Below, in pieces: positions 1 through 11,609 of a stretch of DNA of 64,000 nucleotides. This stretch comes from Auanema rhodensis (Eukaryota; Animalia; Nematoda), in contig OZ059899.1 of assembly GCA_964057225.1 (NCBI GenBank), positions 18,290,001 to 18,354,000 on the forward strand. Direction: 5' to 3'. How positions within the stretch are numbered: the stretch's first letter is position 1; each line of letters opens with the position of its first letter. The notes beneath the pieces were generated by a model that was given only the letters and a program-made list of their open reading frames with translations, was not told the DNA's origin and searched no databases. The translations under genes and the position numbers were made by a program.

Positions 1-22
1 AAAATGCACCGAGATATCAACT

Positions 23-44
23 GATATAAGTTCACACTTATATC
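23..44. other. Inverted repeat IR1 (per monomer): GATATAAGT-tcac-ACTTATATC, 9-bp perfect stem
   Basis: 23-31 is the reverse complement of 36-44. Weakened in the common gaaataagttaacacatatatc haplotype. Confidence 0.9.
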
Positions 45-194
45 CTCGATTTTCACCCTGAAAAATTGATTTTTTCGTTGAATAACATTGTCCATCGTCT
101 TTGCCTTGAAAAAAGGAATCTAAAAACATCTAATTTTTGTGAAATTATTTCGAAATTTTTAGGTAAAATTTTTGTCAAAATGTTTTTGGAAGCA

Positions 195-222
195 ATGTTG
201 AGTGTACATGGAAACTCAACAT
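195..222. other. Inverted repeat IR2 (per monomer): ATGTTGAGT-gtacatggaa-ACTCAACAT, 9-bp perfect stem, 10-nt loop
   Basis: 195-203 is the reverse complement of 214-222; nearly invariant along the array. Confidence 0.92.
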
Positions 223-262
223 ACACTAATGCATCATTTTTCAAACGATCATGACTAATTTT

Positions 263-285
263 TGTATTGAGCGTTTCTCAATGTA
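263..285 (+). other. Inverted repeat IR3 (per monomer): tgtATTGAG-cgttt-CTCAATgta, 6-bp perfect stem extendable to 9 bp with two G.T pairs
   Basis: 266-271 pairs with 277-282; extension t265.g283, g264.t284, t263-a285. Confidence 0.75.
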
Positions 286-296
286 GTATAGTGCAT

Positions 297-323
297 TCGA
301 TGCGGATTTTTAAGCTGCGTCGA
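297..323 (+). other. Inverted repeat IR4 (per monomer): TCGATGCGG-atttttaag-CTGCGTCGA, 9-bp GC-rich stem with two G.T pairs
   Basis: 297-305 pairs with 315-323; t301.g319 and g304.t316 are wobble pairs on the + strand. Confidence 0.8.
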
Positions 324-338
324 TCTGTGTTATCAGAT
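323..338. other. Inverted repeat IR5 (per monomer): ATCTG-tgttat-CAGAT, 5-bp stem
   Basis: 323-327 is the reverse complement of 334-338; shortened in the common atcta variant. Confidence 0.55.
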
Positions 339-3300
339 TTGCGCTAGCTTAAAAATGCACCGAGATATCAACTGAAATAAGTTAACACATATATCCTCGA
401 TTTTCACCCTGAAGAATTAATTTTTTTGTTGAATAACATTGTCCATCGTCTTCGCCTTGAAAAAAGGAATCTAAAAACATCTACTTTTTGTGAAATTATT
501 TTGAAATTTTTAGGGAAAATTTTTGTCAAAATGTTTTTGGAAGCAATGTTGAGTGTACATGGAAACTCAACATACACTAATACATCATTTTTTAAACGAT
601 CATAACTAATTTTTGTATTGAGCGTTTCTCAATGTAGTATAGTGCATTCGATGCGGATTTTTAAGCTGCGTCGATCTATGTTATCAGATTTGCGCTATCT
701 TAAAAATGCACCGATATATCAACTGATATAAGTTCACACTTATATCCTCGATTTTCACCCTGAAGAATTAATTTTTTTGTTGAATAACATTGTCCATCGT
801 CTTCACCTTGAAAAAAGGAATCTAAAAACATCTACTTTTTGTGAAATTATTTTGAAATTTTTAGGGAAAATTTTTGTCAAAAAGTTTTTGGAAGCAATGT
901 TGAGTGTACATGGAAACTCAACATACACTAATGCATCATTTTTCAAACGATCATAACTAATTTTCGTATTAAGCGTTTCTCAATGTAGTATAGTGCATTC
1001 GATGCGGATTTTTAAGCTGCGTCGATCTGTGTTATCAGATTTGCGCTAGCTTAAAAATGCACCGATATATCAACTGATATAAGTTCACACTTATATCCTC
1101 GATTTTCACCCTGAAGAATTAATTTTTTTGTTGAATAACATTGTCCATCGTCTTCGCCTTGAAAAAAGGAATCTAAAAACATCTACTTTTTGTGAAATTA
1201 TTTTGAAATTTTTAGGGAAAATTTTTGTCAAAATGTTTTTGGAAGCAATGTTGAGTGTACATGGAAACTCAACATACACTAATACATCATTTTTTAAACG
1301 ATCATAACTAATTTTTGTATTGAGGGTTTCTCAATGTCGTATAGTGCATTCGATGCGGATTTTTAAGCTGCGTCGATCTGTGTTATCAGATTTGCGCTAT
1401 CTTTAAAATGCACCGAGATATCAACTGATATAAGTTCACACTTATATCCTCGATTTTCACCCTGAAAAATTGATTTTTTCGTTGAATAACATTGTCCATC
1501 GTCTTTGCCTTGAAAAAAGGAATCTAAAAACATCTAATTTTTGTGAAATTATTTCGAAATTTTTAGGTAAAATTTTTGTCAAAATGTTTTTGGAAGCAAT
1601 GTTGAGTGTACATGGAAACTCAACATACACTAATGCATCATTTTTCAAACGATCATGACTTATTTTTGTATTGAGCGTTTCTCAATGTAGTATAGTGCAT
1701 TTGATGCGGATTTTTAAGCTGCGTCGATCTATGTTATCAGATTTGCGCTAGCTTAAAAATGCACCGAGATATCAACTGATATAAGTTCACACTTATATCC
1801 TCGATTTTCAACCTGAAGAATTAATTTCTTCGTTGAATAACAATGTCCATCGTCTTCGCCTTAAAAAAAAAATCTAAAAACATCTACTTTTTGTGAAATT
1901 ATTTTGAAATTTTTAGGGAAAATTTTTGTCAAAAAGTTTTTGGAAGCAATGTTGAGTGTACATGGAAACTCAACATACACTAATGCATCATTTTTCAAAC
2001 GATCATAACTAATTTTTGTATTGAGCGTTTCTCAATGTAGTATAGTGCATTCGATGCGGATTTTTAAGCTGCGTCGATCTATGTTATCAGATTTGCGTTA
2101 TCTTTAAAATGCACCGATATATCAACTGATATAAGTTCACACTTATATCCTCGATTTTCACCCTGAAGAATTAATTTTTTTGTTGAATAACATTGTCCAT
2201 CGTTTTCGCCTTGAAAAACGAAATCTAAAAACATCTACTTTTTGTGAAATTATTTTGAAATTTTTAGGGAAAATTTTTGTCAAAAAGTTTTTGGAAGCAA
2301 TGTTGAGTGTACATGGAAACTCAACATACACTAATGCATCATTTTTCAAACGATCATAACTAATTTTCGTATTAAGCGTTTCTCAATGTAGTATAGTGCA
2401 TTCGATGCGGATTTTTAAGCTGCGTCGATCTGTGTTATCAGATTTGCGCTAGCTTAAAAATGCACCGAGATATCAACTGAAATAAGTTAACACATATATC
2501 CTCGATTTTCACCCTGAAGAATTAATTTTTTTGTTGAATAACATTGTCCATCGTCTTCGCCTTGAAAAAAGGAATCTAAAAACTTCTACTTTTTGTGAAA
2601 TTATTTTGAAATTTTTAGGTAAAATTTTTGTCAAAATGTTTTTGGAAGCAATGTTGAGTGTACATGGAAACTCAACATACACTAATGCATCATTTTTCAA
2701 ACGATCATAACTAATTTTTGTATTGAGCGTTTCTCAATGTAGTATAGTGCATTCGATGCGGATTTTTAAGCTGCGTCGATCTATGTTATCAGATTTGCGC
2801 TATCTTAAAAATGCACCGATATATCAACTGATATAAGTTCACACTTATATCCTCGATTTTCACCCTGAAGAATTAATTTTTTTGTTGAATAACATTGTCC
2901 ATCGTCTTCACCTTGAAAAAAGGAATCTAAAAACATCTACTTTTTGTGAAATTATTTTGAAATTTTTAGGGAAAATTTTTGTCAAAAAGTTTTTGGAAGC
3001 AATGTTGAGTGTACATGGAAACTCAACATACACTAATGCATCATTTTTCAAACGATCATAACTAATTTTCGTATTAAGCGTTTCTCAATGTAGTATAGTG
3101 CATTCGATGCGGATTTTTAAGCTGCGTCGATCTGTGTTATCAGATTTGCGCTAGCTTAAAAATGCACCGAGATATCAACTGAAATAAGTTAACACATATA
3201 TCCTCGATTTTCACCCTGAAGAATTAATTTTTTTGTTGAATAACATTGTCCATCGTCTTCGCCTTGAAAAAAGGAATCTAAAAACATCTACTTTTTGTGA

Positions 3301-5263
3301 AATTATTTTGAAATTTTTAGGTAAAATTTTTGTCAAAATGTTTTTGGAAGCAATGTTGAGTGTACATGGAAACTCAACATACACTAATGCATCATTTTTC
3401 AAACGATCATGACTAATTTTTGTATTGAGCGTTTCTCAATGTAGTATAGTGCATTTGATGCGGATTTTTAAGCTGCGTCGATCTATGTTATCAGATTTGC
3501 GCTAGCTTAAAAATGCACCGAGATATCAACTGATATAAGTTCACACTTATATCCTCGATTTTCACCCTGAAGAATTAATTTTTTTGTTGAATAACATTGT
3601 CCATCGTCTTCGCCTTGAAAAAAGGAATCTAAAAACATCTACTTTTTGTGAAATTATTTTGAAATTTTTAGGTAAAATTTTTGTCAAAATGTTTTTGGAA
3701 GCAATGTTGAGTGTACATGGAAACTCAACATACACTAATGCATCATTTTTCAAACGATCATGACTAATTTTTGTATTGAGCGTTTCTCAATGTAGTATAG
3801 TGCATTTGATGCGGATTTTTAAGCTGCGTCGATCTATGTTATCAGATTTGCGCTAGCTTAAAAATGCACCGAGATATCAACTGATATAAGTTCACACTTA
3901 TATCCTCGATTTTCAACCTGAAGAATTAATTTCTTCGTTGAATAACAATGTCCATCGTCTTCGCCTTAAAAAAAAAATCGAAAAACATCTACTTTTTGTG
4001 AAATTATTTTGAAATTTTTAGGGAAAATTTTTGTCAAAAAGTTTTTGGAAGCAATGTTGAGTGTACATGGAAACTCAACATACACTAATGCATCATTTTT
4101 CAAACGATCATAACTAATTTTTGTATTGAGCGTTTCTCAATGTAGTATAGTGCATTCGATGCGGATTTTTAAGCTGCGTCGATCTATGTTATCAGATTTG
4201 CGCTATCTTTAAAATGCACCGATATATCAACTGATATAAGTTCACACTTATATCCTCGATTTTCACCCTGAAGAATTAATTTTTTTGTTGAATAACATTG
4301 TCCATCGTTTTCGCCTTGAAAAACGAAATCTAAAAACATCTACTTTTTGTAAAATTATTTTGAAATTTTTAGGGAAAATTTTTGTCAAAATGTTTTTGGA
4401 AGCAATGTTGAGTGTACATGGAAACTCAACATACACTAATGCATCATTTTTCAAACGATCATAACTAATTTTTGTATTGAGGGTTTCTCAATGTAGTATA
4501 GTGCATTCGATGCGGATTTTTAAGCTGCGTCGATCTATGTTATCAGATTTGCGCTATCTTTAAAATGCACCGATATATCAACTGATATAAGTTCACACTT
4601 ATATCCTCGATTTTCACCCTGAAGAATTAATTTTTTTGTTGAATAACATTGTCCATCGTCTTCACCTTGAAAAAAGGAATCTAAAAACATCTACTTTTTG
4701 TAAAATTATTTTGAAATTTTTAGGGAAAATTTTTGTCAAAATGTTTTTGGAAGCAATGTTGAGTGTACATGGAAACTCAACATACACTAATGCATCATTT
4801 TTCAAACGATCATAACTAATTTTTGTATTGAGCGTTTCTCAATGTAGTATAGTGCATTCGATGCGGATTTTTAAGCTGCGTCGATCTGTGTTATCAGATT
4901 TGCGCTATCTTAAAAATGCACCGAGATATCAACTGAAATAAGTTCACACTTATATCCTCGATTTTCACCCTGAAGAATTAATTTTTTTGTTGAATAACAT
5001 TGTCCATCGTATTCACCTTGAAAAAAGAAATCTAAAAACATCTACTTTTTGTAAAATTATTTTGAAATTTTTAGGGAAAATTTTTGTCAAAATGTTTTTG
5101 GAAGCAATGTTGAGTGTACATGGAAACTCAACATACACTAATGCATCATTTTTCAAACGATCATAACTAATTTTTGTATTGAGTGTTTCTCAATGTAGTA
5201 TAGTGCATTCGATGCGGATTTTTAAGCTGCGTCGATCTGTGTTATCAGATTTGCGCTATCTTA

Positions 5264-7366
5264 AAAATGCACCGATATATCAACTGATATAAGTTCACAC
5301 TTATATCCTCGATTTTCAACCTGAAGAATTAATTTCTTCGTTGAATAACAATGTCCATCGTCTTCGCCTTAAAAAAAAAATCGAAAAACATCTACTTTTT
5401 GTGAAATTATTTTGAAATTTTTAGGGAAAATTTTTGTCAAAAAGTTTTTGGAAGCAATGTTGAGTGTACATGGAAACTCAACATACACTAATGCATCATT
5501 TTTCAAACGATCATAACTAATTTTTGTATTGAGCGTTTCTCAATGTAGTATAGTGCATTCGTTGCGGATTTTTAAGCTGCGTCGATCTATGTTATCAGAT
5601 TTGCGCTATCTTTAAAATGCACCGATATATCAACTGATATAAGTTCACACTTATATCCTCGATTTTCACCCTGAAGAATTAATTTTTTTGTTGAATAACA
5701 TTGTCCATCGTTTTCGCCTTGAAAAACGAAATCTAAAAACATCTACTTTTTGTAAAATTATTTTGAAATTTTTAGGGAAAATTTTTGTCAAAATGTTTTT
5801 GGAAGCAATGTTGAGTGTACATGGAAACTCAACATACACTAATGCATCATTTTTCAAACGATCATAACTAATTTTTGTATTGAGCGTTTCTCAATGTAGT
5901 ATAGTGCATTCGATGCGGATTTTTAAGCTGCGTCGATCTGTGTTATCAGATTTGCGCTAGCTTAAAAATGCACCGAGATATCAACTGAAATAAGTTAACA
6001 CATATATCCTCGATTTTCAACCTGAAGAATTAATTTCTTCGTTGAATAACAATGTCCATCGTCTTCGCCTTAAAAAAAAAATCGAAAAACATCTACTTTT
6101 TGTGAAATTATTTTGAAATTTTTAGGGAAAATTTTTGTCAAAAAGTTTTTGGAAGCAATGTTGAGTGTACATGGAAACTCAACATACACTAATGCATCAT
6201 TTTTCAAACGATCATAACTAATTTTTGTATTGAGCGTTTCTCAATGTAGTATAGTGCATTCGTTGCGGATTTTTAAGCTGCGTCGATCTATGTTATCAGA
6301 TTTGCGCTATCTTTAAAATGCACCGATATATCAACTGATATAAGTTCACACTTATATCCTCGATTTTCACCCTGAAGAATTAATTTTTTTGTTGAATAAC
6401 ATTGTCCATCGTTTTCGCCTTGAAAAACGAAATCTAAAAACATCTACTTTTTGTAAAATTATTTTGAAATTTTTAGGGAAAATTTTTGTCAAAATGTTTT
6501 TGGAAGCAATGTTGAGTGTACATGGAAACTCAACATACACTAATGCATCATTTTTCAAACGATCATAACTAATTTTTGTATTGAGCGTTTCTCAATGTAG
6601 TATAGTGCATTCGATGCGGATTTTTAAGCTGCGTCGATCTGTGTTATCAGATTTGCGCTAGCTTAAAAATGCACCGAGATATCAACTGAAATAAGTTAAC
6701 ACATATATCCTCGATTTTCAACCTGAAGAATTAATTTCTTCGTTGAATAACAATGTCCATCGTCTTCGCCTTAAAAAAAAAATCGAAAAACATCTACTTT
6801 TTGTGAAATTATTTTGAAATTTTTAGGGAAAATTTTTGTCAAAAAGTTTTTGGAAGCAATGTTGAGTGTACATGGAAACTCAACATACACTAATGCATCA
6901 TTTTTCAAACGATCATAACTAATTTTTGTATTGAGCGTTTCTCAATGTAGTATAGTGCATTCGTTGCGGATTTTTAAGCTGCGTCGATCTATGTTATCAG
7001 ATTTGCGCTATCTTTAAAATGCACCGATATATCAACTGATATAAGTTCACACTTATATCCTCGATTTTCACCCTGAAGAATTAATTTTTTTGTTGAATAA
7101 CATTGTCCATCGTTTTCGCCTTGAAAAACGAAATCTAAAAACATCTACTTTTTGTAAAATTATTTTGAAATTTTTAGGGAAAATTTTTGTCAAAATGTTT
7201 TTGGAAGCAATGTTGAGTGTACATGGAAACTCAACATACACTAATGCATCATTTTTCAAACGATCATAACTAATTTTTGTATTGAGCGTTTCTCAATGTA
7301 GTATAGTGCATTCGATGCGGATTTTTAAGCTGCGTCGATCTATGTTATCAGATTTGCGCTATCTTT
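5264..7366. repeat. Local higher-order repeat: 701-bp dimer (350+351) x3
   Basis: A 350-bp monomer (tcaacctg, atttcttcg, A10 tract, cattcgttgc) alternates with a cgttttcgccttgaaaaacg monomer; ORF anchors 5666, 6367, 7068. Confidence 0.9.
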
Positions 7367-10300
7367 AAAATGCACCGATATATCAACTGATATAAGTTCA
7401 CACTTATATCCTCGATTTTCACCCTGAAGAATTAATTTTTTTGTTGAATAACATTGTCCATCGTCTTCACCTTGAAAAAAGGAATCTAAAAACATCTACT
7501 TTTTGTAAAATTATTTTGAAATTTTTAGGGAAAATTTTTGTCAAAATGTTTTTGGAAGCAATGTTGAGTGTACATGGAAACTCAACATACACTAATGCAT
7601 CATTTTTCAAACGATCATAACTAATTTTTGTATTGAGCGTTTCTCAATGTAGTATAGTGCATTCGATGCGGATTTTTAAGCTGCGTCGATCTGTGTTATC
7701 AGATTTGCGCTATCTTAAAAATGCACCGATATATCAACTGATATAAGTTCACACTTATATCCTCGATTTTCACCCTGAAGAATTAATTTTTTTGTTGAAT
7801 AACATTGTCCATCGTCTTCACCTTGAAAAAAGGAATCTAAAAACATCTACTTTTTGTGAAATTATTTTGAAATTTTTAGGGAAAATTTTTGTCAAAAAGT
7901 TTTTGGAAGCAATGTTGAGTGTACATGGAAACTCAACATACACTAATGCATCATTTTTCAAACGATCATAACTAATTTTTGTATTGAGCGTTTCTCAATG
8001 TAGTATAGTGCATTCGATGCGGATTTTTAAGCTGCGTCGATCTATGTTATCAGATTTGCGCTATCTTTAAAATGCACCGATATATCAACTGATATAAGTT
8101 CACACTTATATCCTCGATTTTCACCCTGAAGAATTAATTTTTTTGTTGAATAACATTGTCCATCGTCTTCACCTTGAAAAAAGGAATCTAAAAACATCTA
8201 CTTTTTGTGAAATTATTTTGAAATTTTTAGGGAAAATTTTTGTCAAAATGTTTTTGGAAGCAATGTTGAGTGTACATGGAAACTCAACATACACTAATGC
8301 ATCATTTTTCAAACGATCATAACTAATTTTTGTATTGAGCGTTTCTCAATGTAGTATAGTGCATTCGATGCGGATTTTTAAGCTGCGTCGATCTATGTTA
8401 TCAGATTTGCGCTATCTTTAAAATGCACCGATATATCAACTGATATAAGTTCACACTTATATCCTCGATTTTCACCCTGAAGAATTAATTTTTTTGTTGA
8501 ATAACATTGTCCATCGTCTTCACCTTGAAAAAAGGAATCTAAAAACATCTACTTTTTGTAAAATTATTTTGAAATTTTTAGGGAAAATTTTTGTCAAAAT
8601 GTTTTTGGAAGCAATGTTGAGTGTACATGGAAACTCAACATACACTAATGCATCATTTTTCAAACGATCATAACTAATTTTTGTATTGAGCGTTTCTCAA
8701 TGTAGTATAGTGCATTCGATGCGGATTTTTAAGCTGCGTCGATCTGTGTTATCAGATTTGCGCTATCTTAAAAATGCACCGATATATCAACTGATATAAG
8801 TTCACACTTATATCCTCGATTTTCACCCTGAAGAATTAATTTTTTTGTTGAATAACATTGTCCATCGTCTTCACCTTGAAAAAAGGAATCTAAAAACATC
8901 TACTTTTTGTGAAATTATTTTGAAATTTTTAGGGAAAATTTTTGTCAAAAAGTTTTTGGAAGCAATGTTGAGTGTACATGGAAACTCAACATACACTAAT
9001 GCATCATTTTTCAAACGATCATAACTAATTTTTGTATTGAGCGTTTCTCAATGTAGTATAGTGCATTCGATGCGGATTTTTAAGCTGCGTCGATCTATGT
9101 TATCAGATTTGCGCTATCTTTAAAATGCACCGATATATCAACTGATATAAGTTCACACTTATATCCTCGATTTTCACCCTGAAGAATTAATTTTTTTGTT
9201 GAATAACATTGTCCATCGTCTTCACCTTGAAAAAAGGAATCTAAAAACATCTACTTTTTGTGAAATTATTTTGAAATTTTTAGGGAAAATTTTTGTCAAA
9301 AAGTTTTTGGAAGCAATGTTGAGTGTACATGGAAACTCAACATACACTAATGCATCATTTTTCAAACGATCATAACTAATTTTCGTATTAAGCGTTTCTC
9401 AATGTAGTATAGTGCATTCGATGCGGATTTTTAAGCTGCGTCGATCTATGTTATCAGATTTGCGCTATCTTAAAAATGCACCGAGATATCAACTGAAATA
9501 AGTTCACACTTATATCCTCGATTTTCACCCTGAAGAATTAATTTTTTTGTTGAATAACATTGTCCATCGTATTCACCTTGAAAAAAGGAATCTAAAAACA
9601 TCTATTTTTGTAAAATTATTTTGAAATTTTTAGGGAAAATTTTTGTCAAAATGTTTTTGGAAGCAATGTTGAGTGTACATGGAAACTCAACATACACTAA
9701 TGCATCATTTTTCAAACGATCATAACTAATTTTTGTATTGAGCGTTTCTCAATGTAGTATAGTGCATTCGATGCGGATTTTTAAGCTGCGTCGATCTGTG
9801 TTATCAGATTTGCGCTATCTTAAAAATGCACCGATATATCAACTGATATAAGTTCACACTTATATCCTCGATTTTCAACCTGAAGAATTAATTTCTTCGT
9901 TGAATAACAATGTCCATCGTCTTCGCCTTAAAAAAAAAATCGAAAAACATCTACTTTTTGTGAAATTATTTTGAAATTTTTAGGGAAAATTTTTGTCAAA
10001 AAGTTTTTGGAAGCAATGTTGAGTGTACATGGAAACTCAACATACACTAATGCATCATTTTTCAAACGATCATAACTAATTTTTGTATTGAGCGTTTCTC
10101 AATGTAGTATAGTGCATTCGTTGCGGATTTTTAAGCTGCGTCGATCTATGTTATCAGATTTGCGCTATCTTTAAAATGCACCGATATATCAACTGATATA
10201 AGTTCACACTTATATCCTCGATTTTCACCCTGAAGAATTAATTTTTTTGTTGAATAACATTGTCCATCGTTTTCGCCTTGAAAAACGAAATCTAAAAACA

Positions 10301-11609
10301 TCTACTTTTTGTAAAATTATTTTGAAATTTTTAGGGAAAATTTTTGTCAAAATGTTTTTGGAAGCAATGTTGAGTGTACATGGAAACTCAACATACACTA
10401 ATGCATCATTTTTCAAACGATCATAACTAATTTTTGTATTGAGCGTTTCTCAATGTAGTATAGTGCATTCGATGCGGATTTTTAAGCTGCGTCGATCTGT
10501 GTTATCAGATTTGCGCTAGCTTAAAAATGCACCGAGATATCAACTGAAATAAGTTAACACATATATCCTCGATTTTCAACCTGAAGAATTAATTTCTTCG
10601 TTGAATAACAATGTCCATCGTCTTCGCCTTAAAAAAAAAATCGAAAAACATCTACTTTTTGTGAAATTATTTTGAAATTTTTAGGGAAAATTTTTGTCAA
10701 AAAGTTTTTGGAAGCAATGTTGAGTGTACATGGAAACTCAACATACACTAATGCATCATTTTTCAAACGATCATAACTAATTTTTGTATTGAGCGTTTCT
10801 CAATGTAGTATAGTGCATTCGTTGCGGATTTTTAAGCTGCGTCGATCTATGTTATCAGATTTGCGCTATCTTTAAAATGCACCGATATATCAACTGATAT
10901 AAGTTCACACTTATATCCTCGATTTTCACCCTGAAGAATTAATTTTTTTGTTGAATAACATTGTCCATCGTTTTCGCCTTGAAAAACGAAATCTAAAAAC
11001 ATCTACTTTTTGTAAAATTATTTTGAAATTTTTAGGGAAAATTTTTGTCAAAATGTTTTTGGAAGCAATGTTGAGTGTACATGGAAACTCAACATACACT
11101 AATGCATCATTTTTCAAACGATCATAACTAATTTTTGTATTGAGCGTTTCTCAATGTAGTATAGTGCATTCGATGCGGATTTTTAAGCTGCGTCGATCTA
11201 TGTTATCAGATTTGCGCTATCTTTAAAATGCACCGATATATCAACTGATATAAGTTCACACTTATATCCTCGATTTTCACCCTGAAGAATTAATTTTTTT
11301 GTTGAATAACATTGTCCATCGTCTTCACCTTGAAAAAAGGAATCTAAAAACATCTACTTTTTGTAAAATTATTTTGAAATTTTTAGGGAAAATTTTTGTC
11401 AAAATGTTTTTGGAAGCAATGTTGAGTGTACATGGAAACTCAACATACACTAATGCATCATTTTTCAAACGATCATAACTAATTTTTGTATTGAGCGTTT
11501 CTCAATGTAGTATAGTGCATTCGATGCGGATTTTTAAGCTGCGTCGATCTGTGTTATCAGATTTGCGCTATCTTAAAAATGCACCGATATATCAACTGAT
11601 ATAAGTTCA

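Larger units (their letters stand above)
1..351. repeat. Representative monomer (phase arbitrary), ~32% GC, rich in A/T tracts; carries GTAC/TGTACA (203-208) in nearly every copy
   Basis: Direct comparison of 1-351 with 352-702 and later copies; hand count C=55, G=57. Confidence 0.98.

Noticed and set aside
254-285. SL RNA / snRNA gene array (AACTAA...TATTG, Sm-like AATTTTTGT next to a hairpin)
   Set aside because: It does not match any spliced leader or U snRNA I know and there is no GT donor after TATTG. AATTTTTGT occurs three times per monomer, as expected in T-tract-rich DNA, and is often mutated to AATTTTCGT.
1-351. 5S rDNA, tRNA, histone or telomeric repeat unit; Drosophila 359-bp (1.688) satellite; internal ~175-bp dimer structure
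   Set aside because: There is no recognisable similarity to those sequences as I recall them, and the two halves of the monomer are not alignable by eye.
374-395. Compensatory mutations in IR1 (gaaataagttaacacatatatc haplotype) and in IR3 (double change near 16759/16770)
   Set aside because: The co-occurring changes hit non-partner positions and so disrupt rather than restore pairing. They give no covariation support for structure.
409-450. Hammerhead ribozyme / retrozyme (CTGAAGA on the + strand; CTGATAA...GAAACGCTC on the - strand; monomer size fits metazoan retrozymes)
   Set aside because: On +, CUGAAGA is followed by GAAT rather than GAAA, with no convincing helix II or helix I, and many copies read CTGAAAA or CTGGAGA. 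On -, the core is CUGAUAA (lacks G8) and helix I does not pair. An Infernal search with hammerhead models would be the decisive test.
1828-1844. CENP-B box-like motif (CTTCGTTG... in the 350-bp variant; also TTCGATGCGG at 296-305)
   Set aside because: The essential CGGG half of NTTCGNNNNANNCGGGN is missing or wrongly spaced.
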